From an uncultured Acidobacteriota bacterium (GTDB lineage: Bacteria > Acidobacteriota > Thermoanaerobaculia > UBA5066 > Gp7-AA6), in the NCBI GenBank assembly GCA_963764715.1, contig CAVXTP010000015.1:1-64000 (forward strand): DNA of 64,000 nucleotides. The letters are read 5' to 3'. Positions within the stretch are counted from its first letter, which is position 1. The number at the start of each line of letters is the position of its first letter. A model generated the notes under the pieces. It did not search any database and was not told the origin of the DNA. It saw only the letters and a list, made by a program, of their open reading frames with translations. Below are positions 21,604-32,787 of this stretch, in pieces. The position numbers and the translations under genes were made by a program.

Positions 21604-21663
21604 GCCTGAGAGGGCATCCTAACCCGAAAGATCTCGTTCACCTTCAGGTTAGGATCGCCCGTC

Positions 21664-23848
21664 ATGTCGGGTCGGAAATTGCTGATCGCCCTGGTCTTGG
21701 CAGCAATCGCGGCCGGAGGCGTCTGGGTGTATCGCAACTCCTCCATCGAACGCCTGCGGGCGGAGTTCCGTCCGTGGATGGCGAGGCTCGAGCGGTGGCG
21801 GGACGCGAACGAGGCGATCCGGTGGGCGCTCCGGAGCCGCGAGTCGACGCCGGCGGACCCCGGAGGAATCGCGGAACTCCGCGCCTGGGCCTGGAACGGA
21901 ATCGAGAAGCTCGCCTACGTCGACTACCGCGTCGAGAAGCCGGCGCACGACGGCGAGTCGACGACGGGGCGGGTGGAATTCACCGTCGGAGGCTTCCGGC
22001 CGGACGGCGCGCGGGTCGAGCGGACGGCGACCGCGCTCGTGACGAGCGAGGCACCCCCGGGCCGCGTTCGGCTGCGGTTCGAGAGGTCGCTGACCGATCG
22101 GGTCGAGTCCTCGCCCCGCTTTCGCAACACCACCGCCGCGGCCGGTCTCGGCGCGCCGCGGCGGGACCCGCCGATCGACAAGGTCAACCACCTCGTCGCG
22201 GACCTCTGGCCGGGTTCGGGCGTCGCGGTGCTCGACTTCGATCGGGATGGCGCCGAGGACCTCTTCGTCGGCGACGGCGTGCGCTCCATCCTCTACAAGG
22301 GCGACGGGACCGGGCGCTTCACGGACGTCACGGAGAAGGCGGGCCTGGCGAAGTCTTCGACCGAAGGCATTCCCGCGACCGGGCTCGCGGCCGGCGACGT
22401 CGACGGGGACGGCTATCCGGATCTGTTCGTCACGAACGCGTTCGGCCCGGCGCGGCTCTTCCGCAACCGCGGCGACGGGACCTTCGAGGAGACGACCGCC
22501 GCCTCCGGCATCGCGGTGCCCGCGAACGCGCGTTCCGCCGCCTTCGCGGACGTCGACGGCGACGGGGACCTCGATCTCTTCGTGGCGGTGACCGGCGACT
22601 ACTACAGCCAGATGCCGGATCCGGCCTTCGACGCGAAGGACGGCCGCGCGAACTTCCTGTATCTGAACGACGGACACGGCCGCTTCACCGACGCCACGAA
22701 GGCCTGGGGCATCGCGGGCGAGACGCGCTGGACGCTCTCGGCCCTCTTCCAGGATTACGACCAGGACGGCCGCGAAGACCTCATGGCGACGAACGACTTC
22801 GGCTTGAAGAACCTCTACCGCAACGTCGGCGGCCGCTTCGAGGACGTCGCGAAGAAGACCGGCACTCTCTCGCGCGCCTATGGCATGTCCGGCGCGTGGG
22901 CGGACTACGACGGCGACGGCCGGCCCGACATCTACGCCACCGGGACCGACACGCAGTGGTACTTCCTCCACGAGTACCCCTCCATCCCCGTGACCTTCTG
23001 GGGCCGTGTCTTCCTGCGGACCGCCGTCCAGTGGTGCGAGGACATGGCCTCCGGCAACACCCTCCTCCTTCAGCGGCCCGACCACACGTTCGAGGACGCG
23101 ACCGCGCGCTCGGACGCAAAGCACGCCGGCTGGAACTGGAGCTCGATCGCCGCCGATCTCGACGACGACGGCTGGCCCGACATCTACGCCACCAACGGCC
23201 TCTGGGGCGACGGCCGGGACCGGGACGTCGCGCTCGAGTTCTGGTGGCAGACGCTCGCGTACTGGGACGACTACGTCGCCGGAACGAAGACGTTCGACCG
23301 GAAGGGCGCCGGGATCAATGGCATCGAGCGCGACCGGTACTTCCGCAATCGCGGCGGCGCCGAGGCGGGATCGCCGCTCTTCGAGGAGCGGGCCTTCCTC
23401 GACGGCCTCGACCTCGAGTCGAACGGCCGCGCCGTGGTCGCCTTCGACGCCAACGGCGACGGCGCGCTCGACCTCTTCGTCCGCTCGGTGCAGGCGCCCG
23501 AGGCGCTCTTCCTCGGCTCGCGCCGTCCGGACGAGCACTACCTCCGTCTGCGACTCTCCGGCACGCCCGGCGTCGACAACCGGGACGGCCTCGGCGCCCG
23601 TGTCGAGGCGACGCCTGCCCGGCGGCCGCCGCATCGTGACCGAGAACTCCAACCCGAGCGGTTATCTCTCGACGGGCAGCCCCATCGTTCACCTCGGGCT
23701 CGGAAAGGCCCGGGCCGTCGAGAGCCTCGTCGTGACGTGGCCCTCCGGCAAGGCCCAGAATCTGGGACGGATCGACGCCGTCGACCGCGAGCTGCGCGTC
23801 GACGAAGCCGCTCCCGTCGTCCAGGTGTCGGCGGCGCGGCCGCGTTAG
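21664..23848 (+). CDS. CRTAC1-family protein (FG-GAP/VCBS repeats plus ASPIC/UnbV), frameshift near 23610
   Basis: Multiple DxDGDGxxDL repeats. The C-terminal GYLS...VHLGLG...VTWPSG ASPIC motif continues in another frame. Confidence 0.88.
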
Positions 23849-23861
23849 ACTAGACGGACCC

Positions 23862-25457
23862 ATGGAGACCCCGACCCGCGATCCTCTCCATTACGACGTC
23901 GTCGTCGTGGGCGGCGCCGTTTCCGGCGCTTCGACCGCAATCCTCCTGAAGCGCGGCAAGCCGGACCTGAAGATCCTCGTCGTCGAGAAGACCGACAAGT
24001 TCGACTGGAAGGTCGGCGAGTCGACCGTCGAGATCTCCGCGTACTTCCTGACGCGCGTCCTCAAGCAGTACCGCCACCTCTCGCAGGACCAGCTTCCCAA
24101 GCAGGCCTTCCGGTTCTGGTTCCACAACGACGACGTCACGCGCCTTCAGGAGGCCTCGGAGACCGGGCCGACGATGCTCGCGCGCACGCCGTCCTTCCAG
24201 CTCGACCGCGCGAAGCTCGACGAGAACCTCCTCAAGGTCGCCCGCGAGGAGGGCTCCGAGGTCTGGCGGCCCGCGAAAGTCGCCGCCTGGACGCTCGGCG
24301 AGGGCGCGGCCCCGAACACGTTGACGATCGAGAAGAGCGACGGCACGACCGTCACCGTCACCTCGCGGTGGCTCGTCGACGCGACGGGACGGCAGGCGAT
24401 GCTCGCCCGCAAGCGCGGCGGCGTGACGCCCATCGACTCCCACCCGACCTCGGCGATCTGGGTGCGCTACGACGACGTCAAGGACATGGACGGCGTCGAC
24501 ATCGCGGGGACCGACCCCGCCAACCCGTGGTCGCGCGCCGTGCTGACGGCCCGGCGCCTGGCGACGAACCACTTCACCGGCTGGGGCTACTGGATCTGGT
24601 TCATCCCGCTCCAGGACGGCCAGACGAGCGTCGGCCTCGTCTGGGACAAGCGCCTCGTGAATCCCGAGGGCCGCACGCCGCTCGAGAAGCTGACGCGGTT
24701 CCTCGACGGCAATCCGCTCTCCCGCCAGTTGATCGAGGGCGCGACGCCGATCGAGGGCGACTGCCGCTACTACGCGCACCTGCCGTACTTCGTCGACAAG
24801 TTCGTCGGCCCGGGCTGGGCGCAGGTCGGCGACGCGGGCGGGTTCCTCGATCCCTTCTACTCTCCCGGCCTCGACCAGATGGCCTTCTCGGTCTGGACGC
24901 GCACGCGCCTGATCCTGAAAGAGCTCGGGGGCGCGCCGTCCGCGGAGATGACGAAGTCCTACGCAGAGCACAACCGGCAGTACGACCGGTTCTTCAAGTA
25001 CTTCTACGAGTCGATCTACCGCGACAAGTACTACGTCATGGGCGACTACGACACCATGACGATCGCGTTCCTCCTCGACACGGCGCTCTACTACTTCGCG
25101 GCCGTCATGCCGATCTACCGTTGGTCGCACGAGCGGCTCGGGGTGCCTCCGTTCTTCGAGGACGGCGCCGAGGTCGGCTTCTACCCGATCCGCTTCTACA
25201 ACCGGCGCCTGGTGAAGATCGCGCAGCGCAAGAAGGCGCTCGGAATCTACGGCAACCACAACGCCGGGCGGCGGCCGAAGTTCGTGGGCTTCTCGATCCG
25301 AAGCTCCATGTGGGTCATGCTGTTCCACGGACTGCTCCGCTGGGGCAAGGCCGAGCTCGCCAACGCCTGGACTTACGTCGTCCGGCCGAAGCCGATGACG
25401 AAGCCCGAACCGGCGGCCGCCCCGGCCCCCGAACCGCAGAGCATCTCGGCGCGCTGA
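23862..25457 (+). CDS. Flavin-dependent halogenase-like oxidoreductase (tryptophan halogenase family)
   Basis: Rossmann VVVGGAVSG, KVGES, VDATG, WIWFIP (WxWxIP) and GDAGGFLDPFYSPG motifs. Confidence 0.82.
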   Translation: METPTRDPLHYDVVVVGGAVSGASTAILLKRGKPDLKILVVEKTDKFDWKVGESTVEISAYFLTRVLKQYRHLSQDQLPKQAFRFWFHNDDVTRLQEASETGPTMLARTPSFQLDRAKLDENLLKVAREEGSEVWRPAKVAAWTLGEGAAPNTLTIEKSDGTTVTVTSRWLVDATGRQAMLARKRGGVTPIDSHPTSAIWVRYDDVKDMDGVDIAGTDPANPWSRAVLTARRLATNHFTGWGYWIWFIPLQDGQTSVGLVWDKRLVNPEGRTPLEKLTRFLDGNPLSRQLIEGATPIEGDCRYYAHLPYFVDKFVGPGWAQVGDAGGFLDPFYSPGLDQMAFSVWTRTRLILKELGGAPSAEMTKSYAEHNRQYDRFFKYFYESIYRDKYYVMGDYDTMTIAFLLDTALYYFAAVMPIYRWSHERLGVPPFFEDGAEVGFYPIRFYNRRLVKIAQRKKALGIYGNHNAGRRPKFVGFSIRSSMWVMLFHGLLRWGKAELANAWTYVVRPKPMTKPEPAAAPAPEPQSISAR

Positions 25458-25470
25458 AGCCGGGGCGCGC

Positions 25471-26250
25471 ATGCCGACGGCACTCATCACGGGCGCCTCG
25501 AGCGGGATCGGGCTGGAGCTGGCTTCGGTCGCGGCGCGCGATCGGCACGACCTCGTCCTCCTCGCCCGCAACCGCGAGCGCCTCGACTCGATCGGCCGCG
25601 GCCTCCAGGAAGAGTTCGGCGTCCGGGTCTCGATCCTCGCGAAGGATCTCCGCGAGCCGGCGGCGCCGGCCGAGATCGGGCGGGAGCTCGCCGACCGCCG
25701 AATCGCGGTCGACGTTCTCGTCAACAACGCCGGTATTGGCCTCTACGGCTTCTTCGCGAACACGACGCTCGACCGCGAGCTCGAGATGATCCAGGTCAAC
25801 GTCGCCGCGCTGACGCACCTGACGAAGATCTTTCTTCCCGCGATGCTCGAACGCAAGAGCGGACGAATCCTGAACCTCGCCTCCACGGCCGCCTTCCAGC
25901 CGGGCCCGATCATGGCGGTCTACTACGCCACCAAGGCTTACGTTCTCTCGTTTTCCGAGGCCCTCGCCAACGAGACGGCCGGGACGGGGGTCACGGTCAC
26001 GGCCCTGTGCCCCGGCCCGACGCGCACCGAGTTCCAGCGGCGCGCGGGAATCGGGCGGATCCCGCTCGTCCGCGCGCCTCTCGTGTCCGAGGCCGCGAAC
26101 GTCGCGCGCGAGGGCTGGGACGCGATGAAGCGGGGCAAGCGCGTCGTCGTTCCGGGGATCGCCAACCGGGCACTCGTCCAGGCCGAGCGCATCACGCCGC
26201 GCCGGCTCGTGACCGCCATCGCACGAAAGCTCCAGGAGTCCAGAAAATGA
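25471..26250 (+). CDS. Short-chain dehydrogenase/reductase
   Basis: TGASSGIG, NNAG and YYATK motifs. Confidence 0.95.
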   Translation: MPTALITGASSGIGLELASVAARDRHDLVLLARNRERLDSIGRGLQEEFGVRVSILAKDLREPAAPAEIGRELADRRIAVDVLVNNAGIGLYGFFANTTLDRELEMIQVNVAALTHLTKIFLPAMLERKSGRILNLASTAAFQPGPIMAVYYATKAYVLSFSEALANETAGTGVTVTALCPGPTRTEFQRRAGIGRIPLVRAPLVSEAANVAREGWDAMKRGKRVVVPGIANRALVQAERITPRRLVTAIARKLQESRK

Positions 26251-26264
26251 AGGAGGCCGATCGC

Positions 26265-27728
26265 ATGACCCGCGCACGCCGGACCCTCGTGGCCCTGTTA
26301 ACCCTCGGAAGCCTCTCGATCCTCGCGGCCGCGTCGCCGCTCTTCGCCGCCAACCCGGCCCAGCCGCTCGCGCAGAACCCCGAGGTCGCCGCGGCGCTCG
26401 AGGTCTTCGACACGTGGGTGGACTGGACCGCGAAGAACCGCGACCAACCGGCCGTCTCGGTCGGAATCGTGTACGACCAGGAGCTCGTCTTCGCGAAGGG
26501 TTACGGCTACGCGGACCTCGGGCGGAAGATCCCGGCCACGCCCGCGACGGCTTACCGCATCGCGTCGATTTCGAAGACCTTCACGGCGCACGCCATCCTG
26601 CAGCTGCGCGACGCCGGCAAGCTGACGCTCGACGACCCGATCACGAAGTGGATCCCGGAGTTCAAGTTCTCCGGCGTCGACCCGGAACGGCCGGTCATCA
26701 CGATCCGGCACCTGCTCACCCACACCAGCGGCATCCCGCGCGAGGTCGACGGGACCTACTGGAACGACATGAAGTTCCCGTCGCGCGAAGCGATGGTCCC
26801 GATCCTCAACCGGATGGGCGTCGCGTTGCCGTCCGAGACCGAGTGGAAGTATTCCAACGTCGCCGTCGCCCTGGCGGGTTACATCGTCGAAGCGGCTTCC
26901 GGCGAGCCCTATGCCGAGTACGTCGCCCGACACGTCCTCGCCCCCCTCGGAATGACCGGCACGCGCGTCATCCCGCCGACCGACATGCCGTCGCTCGTCG
27001 TTCCCTATGGCCGGCGGATGCCCGGCAAGCCCCGCCGCGTGGAGCCGTTCTTCAACGGCGCGTACATGACTCCCGCATCGAACCTCGCGTCGACCGTGGA
27101 CGATCTCGCGAAGTACATCTCGCTCCAGTTCCGCACGGGCCCGGCCGGCGGCGCGCAGATTTTGAAGGGCACGACCCTCGCCGAGATGCAGCGGGTGCAG
27201 TGGCTGCAGCCCGACTGGAAGAGCGGATGGGGCCTCGGCTGGGGCATCTCCCGCCGCGACGATCAGACCCGCGTCGGCCACGGCGGAAGCGTGCCGGGCA
27301 ATCGCACGCAGATTTCGTTCGTGCCCTCGCAGAAGTTCGGCGTCATCGCGCTGACGAACTCCGAGGACGGCCGGCCCGGCCTCTACCTTAACCAGGCCTA
27401 CACGATCGTGGCGCCCGCGATCGCGAAGGCCGTCGCCGCGGAGGCGAAGACCCCGGTCGCCGATTCGGCCTGGAACAAGTACGTCGGCGTCTACACCTGG
27501 GAGGATGAGGAGATCCACGTTGCCGTCCTCGACGGCCGGCTCACGATGTTCGACCCGTCCGAGGACAACCCCTGGGAGTCCAAGGTCGTGCTCGAGCCCG
27601 TCTCCGCCAACGTCTTCCGCCAGAAGGGCGGCGACGCCACCGGCGAGACCGTCACGTTCATCCTCGACCCCGCCGGCAAGGTCGTCCGCTACGAGGCCCC
27701 CGGCTACTACATGTCCCGGAGGCCGTAG
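26265..27728 (+). CDS. Secreted serine hydrolase, beta-lactamase/PBP class C-like
   Basis: SISK, LLTHTSG, YSN and HGG motifs; AGGAGG RBS; signal peptide. Confidence 0.92.
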   Translation: MTRARRTLVALLTLGSLSILAAASPLFAANPAQPLAQNPEVAAALEVFDTWVDWTAKNRDQPAVSVGIVYDQELVFAKGYGYADLGRKIPATPATAYRIASISKTFTAHAILQLRDAGKLTLDDPITKWIPEFKFSGVDPERPVITIRHLLTHTSGIPREVDGTYWNDMKFPSREAMVPILNRMGVALPSETEWKYSNVAVALAGYIVEAASGEPYAEYVARHVLAPLGMTGTRVIPPTDMPSLVVPYGRRMPGKPRRVEPFFNGAYMTPASNLASTVDDLAKYISLQFRTGPAGGAQILKGTTLAEMQRVQWLQPDWKSGWGLGWGISRRDDQTRVGHGGSVPGNRTQISFVPSQKFGVIALTNSEDGRPGLYLNQAYTIVAPAIAKAVAAEAKTPVADSAWNKYVGVYTWEDEEIHVAVLDGRLTMFDPSEDNPWESKVVLEPVSANVFRQKGGDATGETVTFILDPAGKVVRYEAPGYYMSRRP

Positions 27729-27768
27729 GGGTGGGGATCGCTGCGTCTATGGAATCAGGGTTTCGGTC

Positions 27769-28000
27769 GTAGGGGCGGCGTTACCGCCGTGCTTCGCACG
27801 GCGTTCCCTACTGCCGGGGGTAAGCCTTCGGTGGCCGGGTCGTGGCCGCCCGTCATGGCGGGGAGGGGACAAGCCCCTCCCCTACGACCGGGGGCCCGTA
27901 ACGTTCCTTCTCCGGTCGTAGGGGCGGCGTTATCGCCGTGCTTCGCACGGCGTTCCCTACTGCCGGGGGCCTGCCTTCGGTGGTCGGGTCGCGGCCGCCC
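27769..28000. repeat. GTAG-REP cluster with two loop-expanded REPs upstream of tRNA-Ser(TGA)
   Basis: GTAG starts at 27769 and 27918, each with a 59-nt insert. An inverted REP ends at 27885. Confidence 0.9.
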
Positions 28001-28041
28001 TTGATGCCAACCTCGGAACGCCTCCGCTACACTGACGCGAC

Positions 28042-28131
28042 GGAGGAGTGGCCGAGTGGTTTAAGGCGGCGGTCTTGAAAACCGCTGTACCGGAAACGGT
28101 ACCGGGGGTTCAAATCCCTCCTCCTCCGCCA
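28042..28131 (+). tRNA. tRNA-Ser(TGA)
   Basis: GGAGGAG/CTCCTCC acceptor stem, GCGGT-CTTGAAA-ACCGC, variable arm GTACCG-GAAA-CGGTAC, CCA end. TACACT -10 at 28028. Confidence 0.97.
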
Positions 28132-28173
28132 GTCGATACGATCGGGTGACGACTTTCGAGTTCGAACCGGTCA

Positions 28174-29887
28174 ATGACCGGTCGCTTCGCTATAGAGTCC
28201 ATTTCGTTGCCCACCTCTCGAGGACTCCGGCTGTTGCGGCTATCGGCGCTCGCGTCCGTCAGCCTCGCCGTGAGTTTCCGTACCGCTGCCCCAGGACGCG
28301 GCCGTTGCGCCGCCGGCGCAGACCGCCGCGTTGCGGGACATCGTTGCGAGCGGCCGTCTCGCGGACCTGCGCTGGCCGGATTTTTCCGACTACAGGGTCA
28401 TCGTGGACGGCTTCTATGCGCCGGCCGGCTACGCGCCGGCCTGGGTCCGGGGAGGTCAGCCGTCCGCGTCGGCGCTCTCCCTGGTTCAGGCCTTCCGGGA
28501 CGCCTGGAAGAGGGGACTCGAGCCCGAGGACTACGACGCGTCCCGATGGGACGCCCGCCTCCAGGCCTTGAAGGGTCCGAATGCCGATCCCGCGCGCTTC
28601 GACGTGGCGCTCACGGTCTGCGCGATGCGTCTCGTGTCCGATCTTCACATCGGCCGGATCAACCCGCAGCACTTCCACTTCGGTCTGAGCGTCCAGGGGA
28701 AGAAGTACGACCTGCCGCTTTTCCTCCGCGAGCGGCTGATGACGGCCGCGGACATCTCCGCGGTGCTGGACGGCGTCGAGCCTCCGTTCGGCGGTTATCG
28801 AAGGACGGAGGCGGCGCTGGTGCGCTACACGGAGATGGCGCGGGGCGCTGCCGTGGAAACGCTTCCCGTCCCGGCGAAGGCCATCAAACCCGGTGAGACG
28901 TACGCCGGCGCGGCGGCGCTTCGCCGGCGCCTCGTCCTCCTGGGCGACCTCGAGCCCGATGCGACGCCGCCCGCCACTCCCGACGTCTACGGCGGCGCGC
29001 TCGTCGAAGGGGTCAAACGCTTTCAGCGCCGCCACGGCCTCGACGACGACGGCCGGCTCGGAGCGGGCACCGTCAAGCAGCTCAACGTCCCGCTCGCGGA
29101 TCGCGTCCGACAGCTGCAGCTCGCGCTCGAGCGCTGGCGCTGGCTGCCGGCGGAATTCTCGGCGCCTCCGATCGTCGTGAACATCCCCGACTTCCGACTG
29201 CGCGCGGCCGACGCGAAAGGCAACGTCGCCATGGAAATGCGCGTCGTCGTCGGCAAGGCCGCGCCGACCCAGACGCCGGTCTTCTCGAAGGACATGACCT
29301 ACGTCGTCTTCCGGCCATACTGGAACGTCCCGCCGAGCATCCTCCGAGGCGAGATCGTGCCCGCCATAACGCGAGACCGGAACTACATCGCCAACAAGCG
29401 CTACGAGGTCACCACCCCCGACGGCAAGGTCGTCACCGACGGCCCGATCTCCGACGACGTCCTCGCGAAGCTCAAGGCCGGCCGGCTCGCCGTGCGGCAG
29501 AAGCCCGGCCCGGCCAACGCCCTGGGGCTCGTCAAGCTGATCTTCCCGAACGAGTTCAACGTGTACCTGCACAGCACGCCGTCGGCCTCGCTGTTTGCGA
29601 AGAGTCGGAGGGATTTCAGCCACGGCTGCATCCGCGTCGAGAAGCCGGCCGAGCTCGCCGCCTGGGTGCTCCGCAACAATCCCGACTGGACGCTCGAGCG
29701 CGCGCGGGAGGCGATGCAGACGGGACCGGACGACGTGACCGTGAAGCTCGACCGCCCGGTGCCGGTCTTCATCGTCTATGCGACGGCGCTCGCCTACGAG
29801 AACGGCGAGGTGCACTTCTACGACGACATCTACGGCCACGACGCCGACCTCGCGCAGGCGCTGGCCAGGGGCTACCCGTACCCGTAG
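28174..29887 (+). CDS. L,D-transpeptidase (YcbB/LdtD-like: scaffold, PG-binding, YkuD); frameshift near 28270-28292
   Basis: FQRRHGL..DG, VNIPDF, VYLHSTP and SHGCIRV motifs. The signal-like N-terminus is in an adjacent frame. Confidence 0.9.
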
Positions 29888-29979
29888 GCGAGCGGTCCAC
29901 GGCGGCCGTACGGAAACGGCGGCCGACCCGGATCGATGCTTGATCATCGACAGCCCTCCGTGCGCCGAAACCGCGACGA

Positions 29980-32591
29980 CTAGCGCAGCCCGTCCACCAT
30001 GTAGAGCCGGGAGAGGGACCGCATGAAGCTGTAGCAGTAGGCTTTTGCCGTCCGGCGTCATCTGCAGCGCCGAGATTCGGGCGACTCCGGTGGGATCGGC
30101 CGGCGTCACTTCCCGGACCAGCGTGCGCTTTCCGGTCGCGATGTCGAGACGCTCGATGCGCATCGTGAGATCGCCGGAACGGACGTTGAGACTCTTTCCG
30201 GTGTCGTCGAAGCCGACCACCTCGTCCTGGCCCGGCCGCGTGCCCGAGATGGGCCGGGGATCGCCTCCCCCGTCGAGCGGATAGAGAGCCCACGCCTCCG
30301 TCTTCATGTTGGCCGCCGCGACGAGCTTCCCGTCCGGGGAGAGCTGGCCCGAGGCGACGCCTTCCGGCGTGATCGGGCGCGGCGCTCCCGACTCGAGGTC
30401 CCGCACCCACATTCGCCGTCCACGGCCGGGACTCGCGCCGGTCAGGAGCAGCCTCTTTCCATCGGGGAACCACGCGGCCCGTATGTATTGGACATCCTTG
30501 TCACGGATCGTCTTCGACTCGCCGGCGCCGACGGGCACCAGGTTGACCGCGCCGTCGACGACCTGGGCGACCAGCTTCCGATCCGGGGAGAGGGCCTGTC
30601 TCCGGATCCATCCGTCGGAGAGTCGCACGGCGGCCGACGAGCCGTCCGTCTTCCGGAGATAGGTGCCTCCCGTCGCGCCGGCGCCCGACCCGCCTTCGAC
30701 GAAGAGCAGGTCCTGGCCGTCGGCGGAAAGCGCCACGCTCTCGGAAAAGTCGAGCCAGGTCAGGTCGGCCTCGCGGGAAGCGCCGGGCGAAAGGCACATC
30801 ATCGTCTCGGGCCAGTCGTCGCTGCGGGCGAGAACGCGCCCATCCGGCGCGACGTCCTGGACGATGATCAGCTGCGGGTTCTGCGCGACGAGCCTCTCCT
30901 GGCCGGACAAGGAGACCGCGTGAAGCTCGACGACTCCGATGTGGTTGGTCCACTTGCGGCCGGAGAACCAGATTTCCTTCGCCACCGGATTCCACGCGAG
31001 CGAAGAGATGAACTCCCAGTCCGAGGTCAGGATCCTCGACTTCCCGGCGAGGTCGACGATCCCCACGGCCTGCACCCCCCGGCCCTGGCCTTCGCGTCCC
31101 TTTGCGACGAGGTAAGCGATCTGCTTGCCGTCCGGCAGAAACCTCAAGGCGAAGACGTGTGTGTCCGGGGCGGCCGGAACGAGCACCTTCCCGACCGGGA
31201 ACTCGAGCTGATCGTTGCGCACGATGGCCAGACGGTCCTCGCCCGGAGCGTAGTCCGCGACCTGCGAGGAGAACTGGAGCGCCTCGGGTGGATCCGCCGC
31301 GACGAGCTCCCGCGGCGCGCCTCCGGCGAGGGAGACCTCGGCGATCGCGGCGGGGTCCGAGCCGTGAAGAACGAGGATCGCGAGCTTGCCGGTCGCCGAG
31401 ATCGAGAGCAGGTCGGCGCTCGGCAGCGGAAGGGCCGTCGCCTCCGGCGAATCCACCCGCGTCGAATAGATCCGGGCGGGCTTTCCCTCCCAGGCGGCGG
31501 CGTAGAGGATCGTCTTGCCGTCCGGCGCGATTCGCGCGTTCCCGATCGCGCCGCGATGGAAGCTCACGGGGCCGGTACGTCGGCGGACCCTCGTGCGTTC
31601 TCCGCAGGGCGATCGCGGCGGCTGGCCGCTCCGACGACGAGACCGGCGATCCCCAGGACGAGGCCGAGCCGCGACGGCCGCTTCGCGGCCGGGAGCGGCG
31701 GTGGCGGTTCCCGAGAGGCTCCCGTCGGTGAGGCCGTCGCGCAGCCGCGCCAGGTCGTACGCGAGATCTCTCGTCGATGCATAGCGCTCCTCGCGCTCCT
31801 TCGCGAGGCAGCGCTCCACGATCCAGCGCAGCGGCACGGGGGAGCTCGGCGCCGCCTTGGCCAGCGGTTCCGGCTCCTCGCGGATGATCGCCGTCATCGT
31901 CTCCGGCGCGCTCGGGCGCGCGAAGGCGCGCCTGCCCGCGATCATTTCGTAGAGCATCGCTCCGAAGGAAAACTGGTCCGACCGGAAATCGAGAACCTGG
32001 CCGAGCGCCTGCTCCGGCGACATGTAGCCGACCGTCCCCAGCACGACGCCGGCCTCCGTCGCGGCCGAGACCGTCGGAGATTGCGTCACCTCGCCCGTCT
32101 CGCCGGTCGGCGACGTCAGCTTCGGCAAGGCCGAAGTCGAGGATCTTGACGATGCTCTCCCGCGTCACCATCACGTTCTCGGGCTTCAGGTCGCGGTGCA
32201 CGATTCCCGTGGCATGCGCTTTGGCGAGTCCCTCGGCCATCTGCCCGGCGATTCCCAGCAGCTTCTTCAGCGGCAGAGGCTCGGCCGACAGGAGCTTGCG
32301 CAGATTGTCCCCGTCGACGAGCTCCATCGCCATCCACGAGACGCCGTCCGTCGCGCCGATGTCGAAAACGGTGACGATGTTGGGGTGGCTCAGCGCGGAG
32401 GCCGAGCGGGCCTCCTTCTCGAAACGCTTGAGCCGCTCCTCGTTCGCGGCGAGATCCGCGGGAAGGACCTTGATCGCGACGTCCCGGCCCAGCCGCGTGT
32501 CCCGCGCCCGGTAAACCTCGCCCATCCCGCCGGCGCCGATGGGCGAGAGGACCTCGTATGGACCGAGTCGCGTGCCAACGGCGAGCGCCAC
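29980..32591 (-). CDS. Hanks-type Ser/Thr kinase with C-terminal TolB-like beta-propeller; several frameshifts (~32123, ~31590-31670, ~30040)
   Basis: [27 protein letters not shown] and [10 protein letters not shown] motifs; repeated SPDGK; ends ...[10 protein letters not shown]. Confidence 0.9.
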
Positions 32592-32787
32592 GAGTGCAGG
32601 GATTTTGTCAAATCCCCCGGCACAAGGAAACCGCGCGGCGTCCGGCGCATCGGGCCGCGGCGCTTGGACCAGAGCATGCGGGATATCGCGATAGCATCCT
32701 CATGCAGCGAGTTTCGGAGGCCGGACCGTGTCGTCGGTTGCTGGCCCGTCGTGGGGGATTTCCTCCCACTCGAGAGTCGGAGGTCCC

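Noticed and set aside
29980-32591. True pseudogene of the Ser/Thr kinase
   Set aside because: The catalytic motifs are intact and the breaks are frameshifts. Given the window-wide indel rate, genuine decay cannot be claimed.
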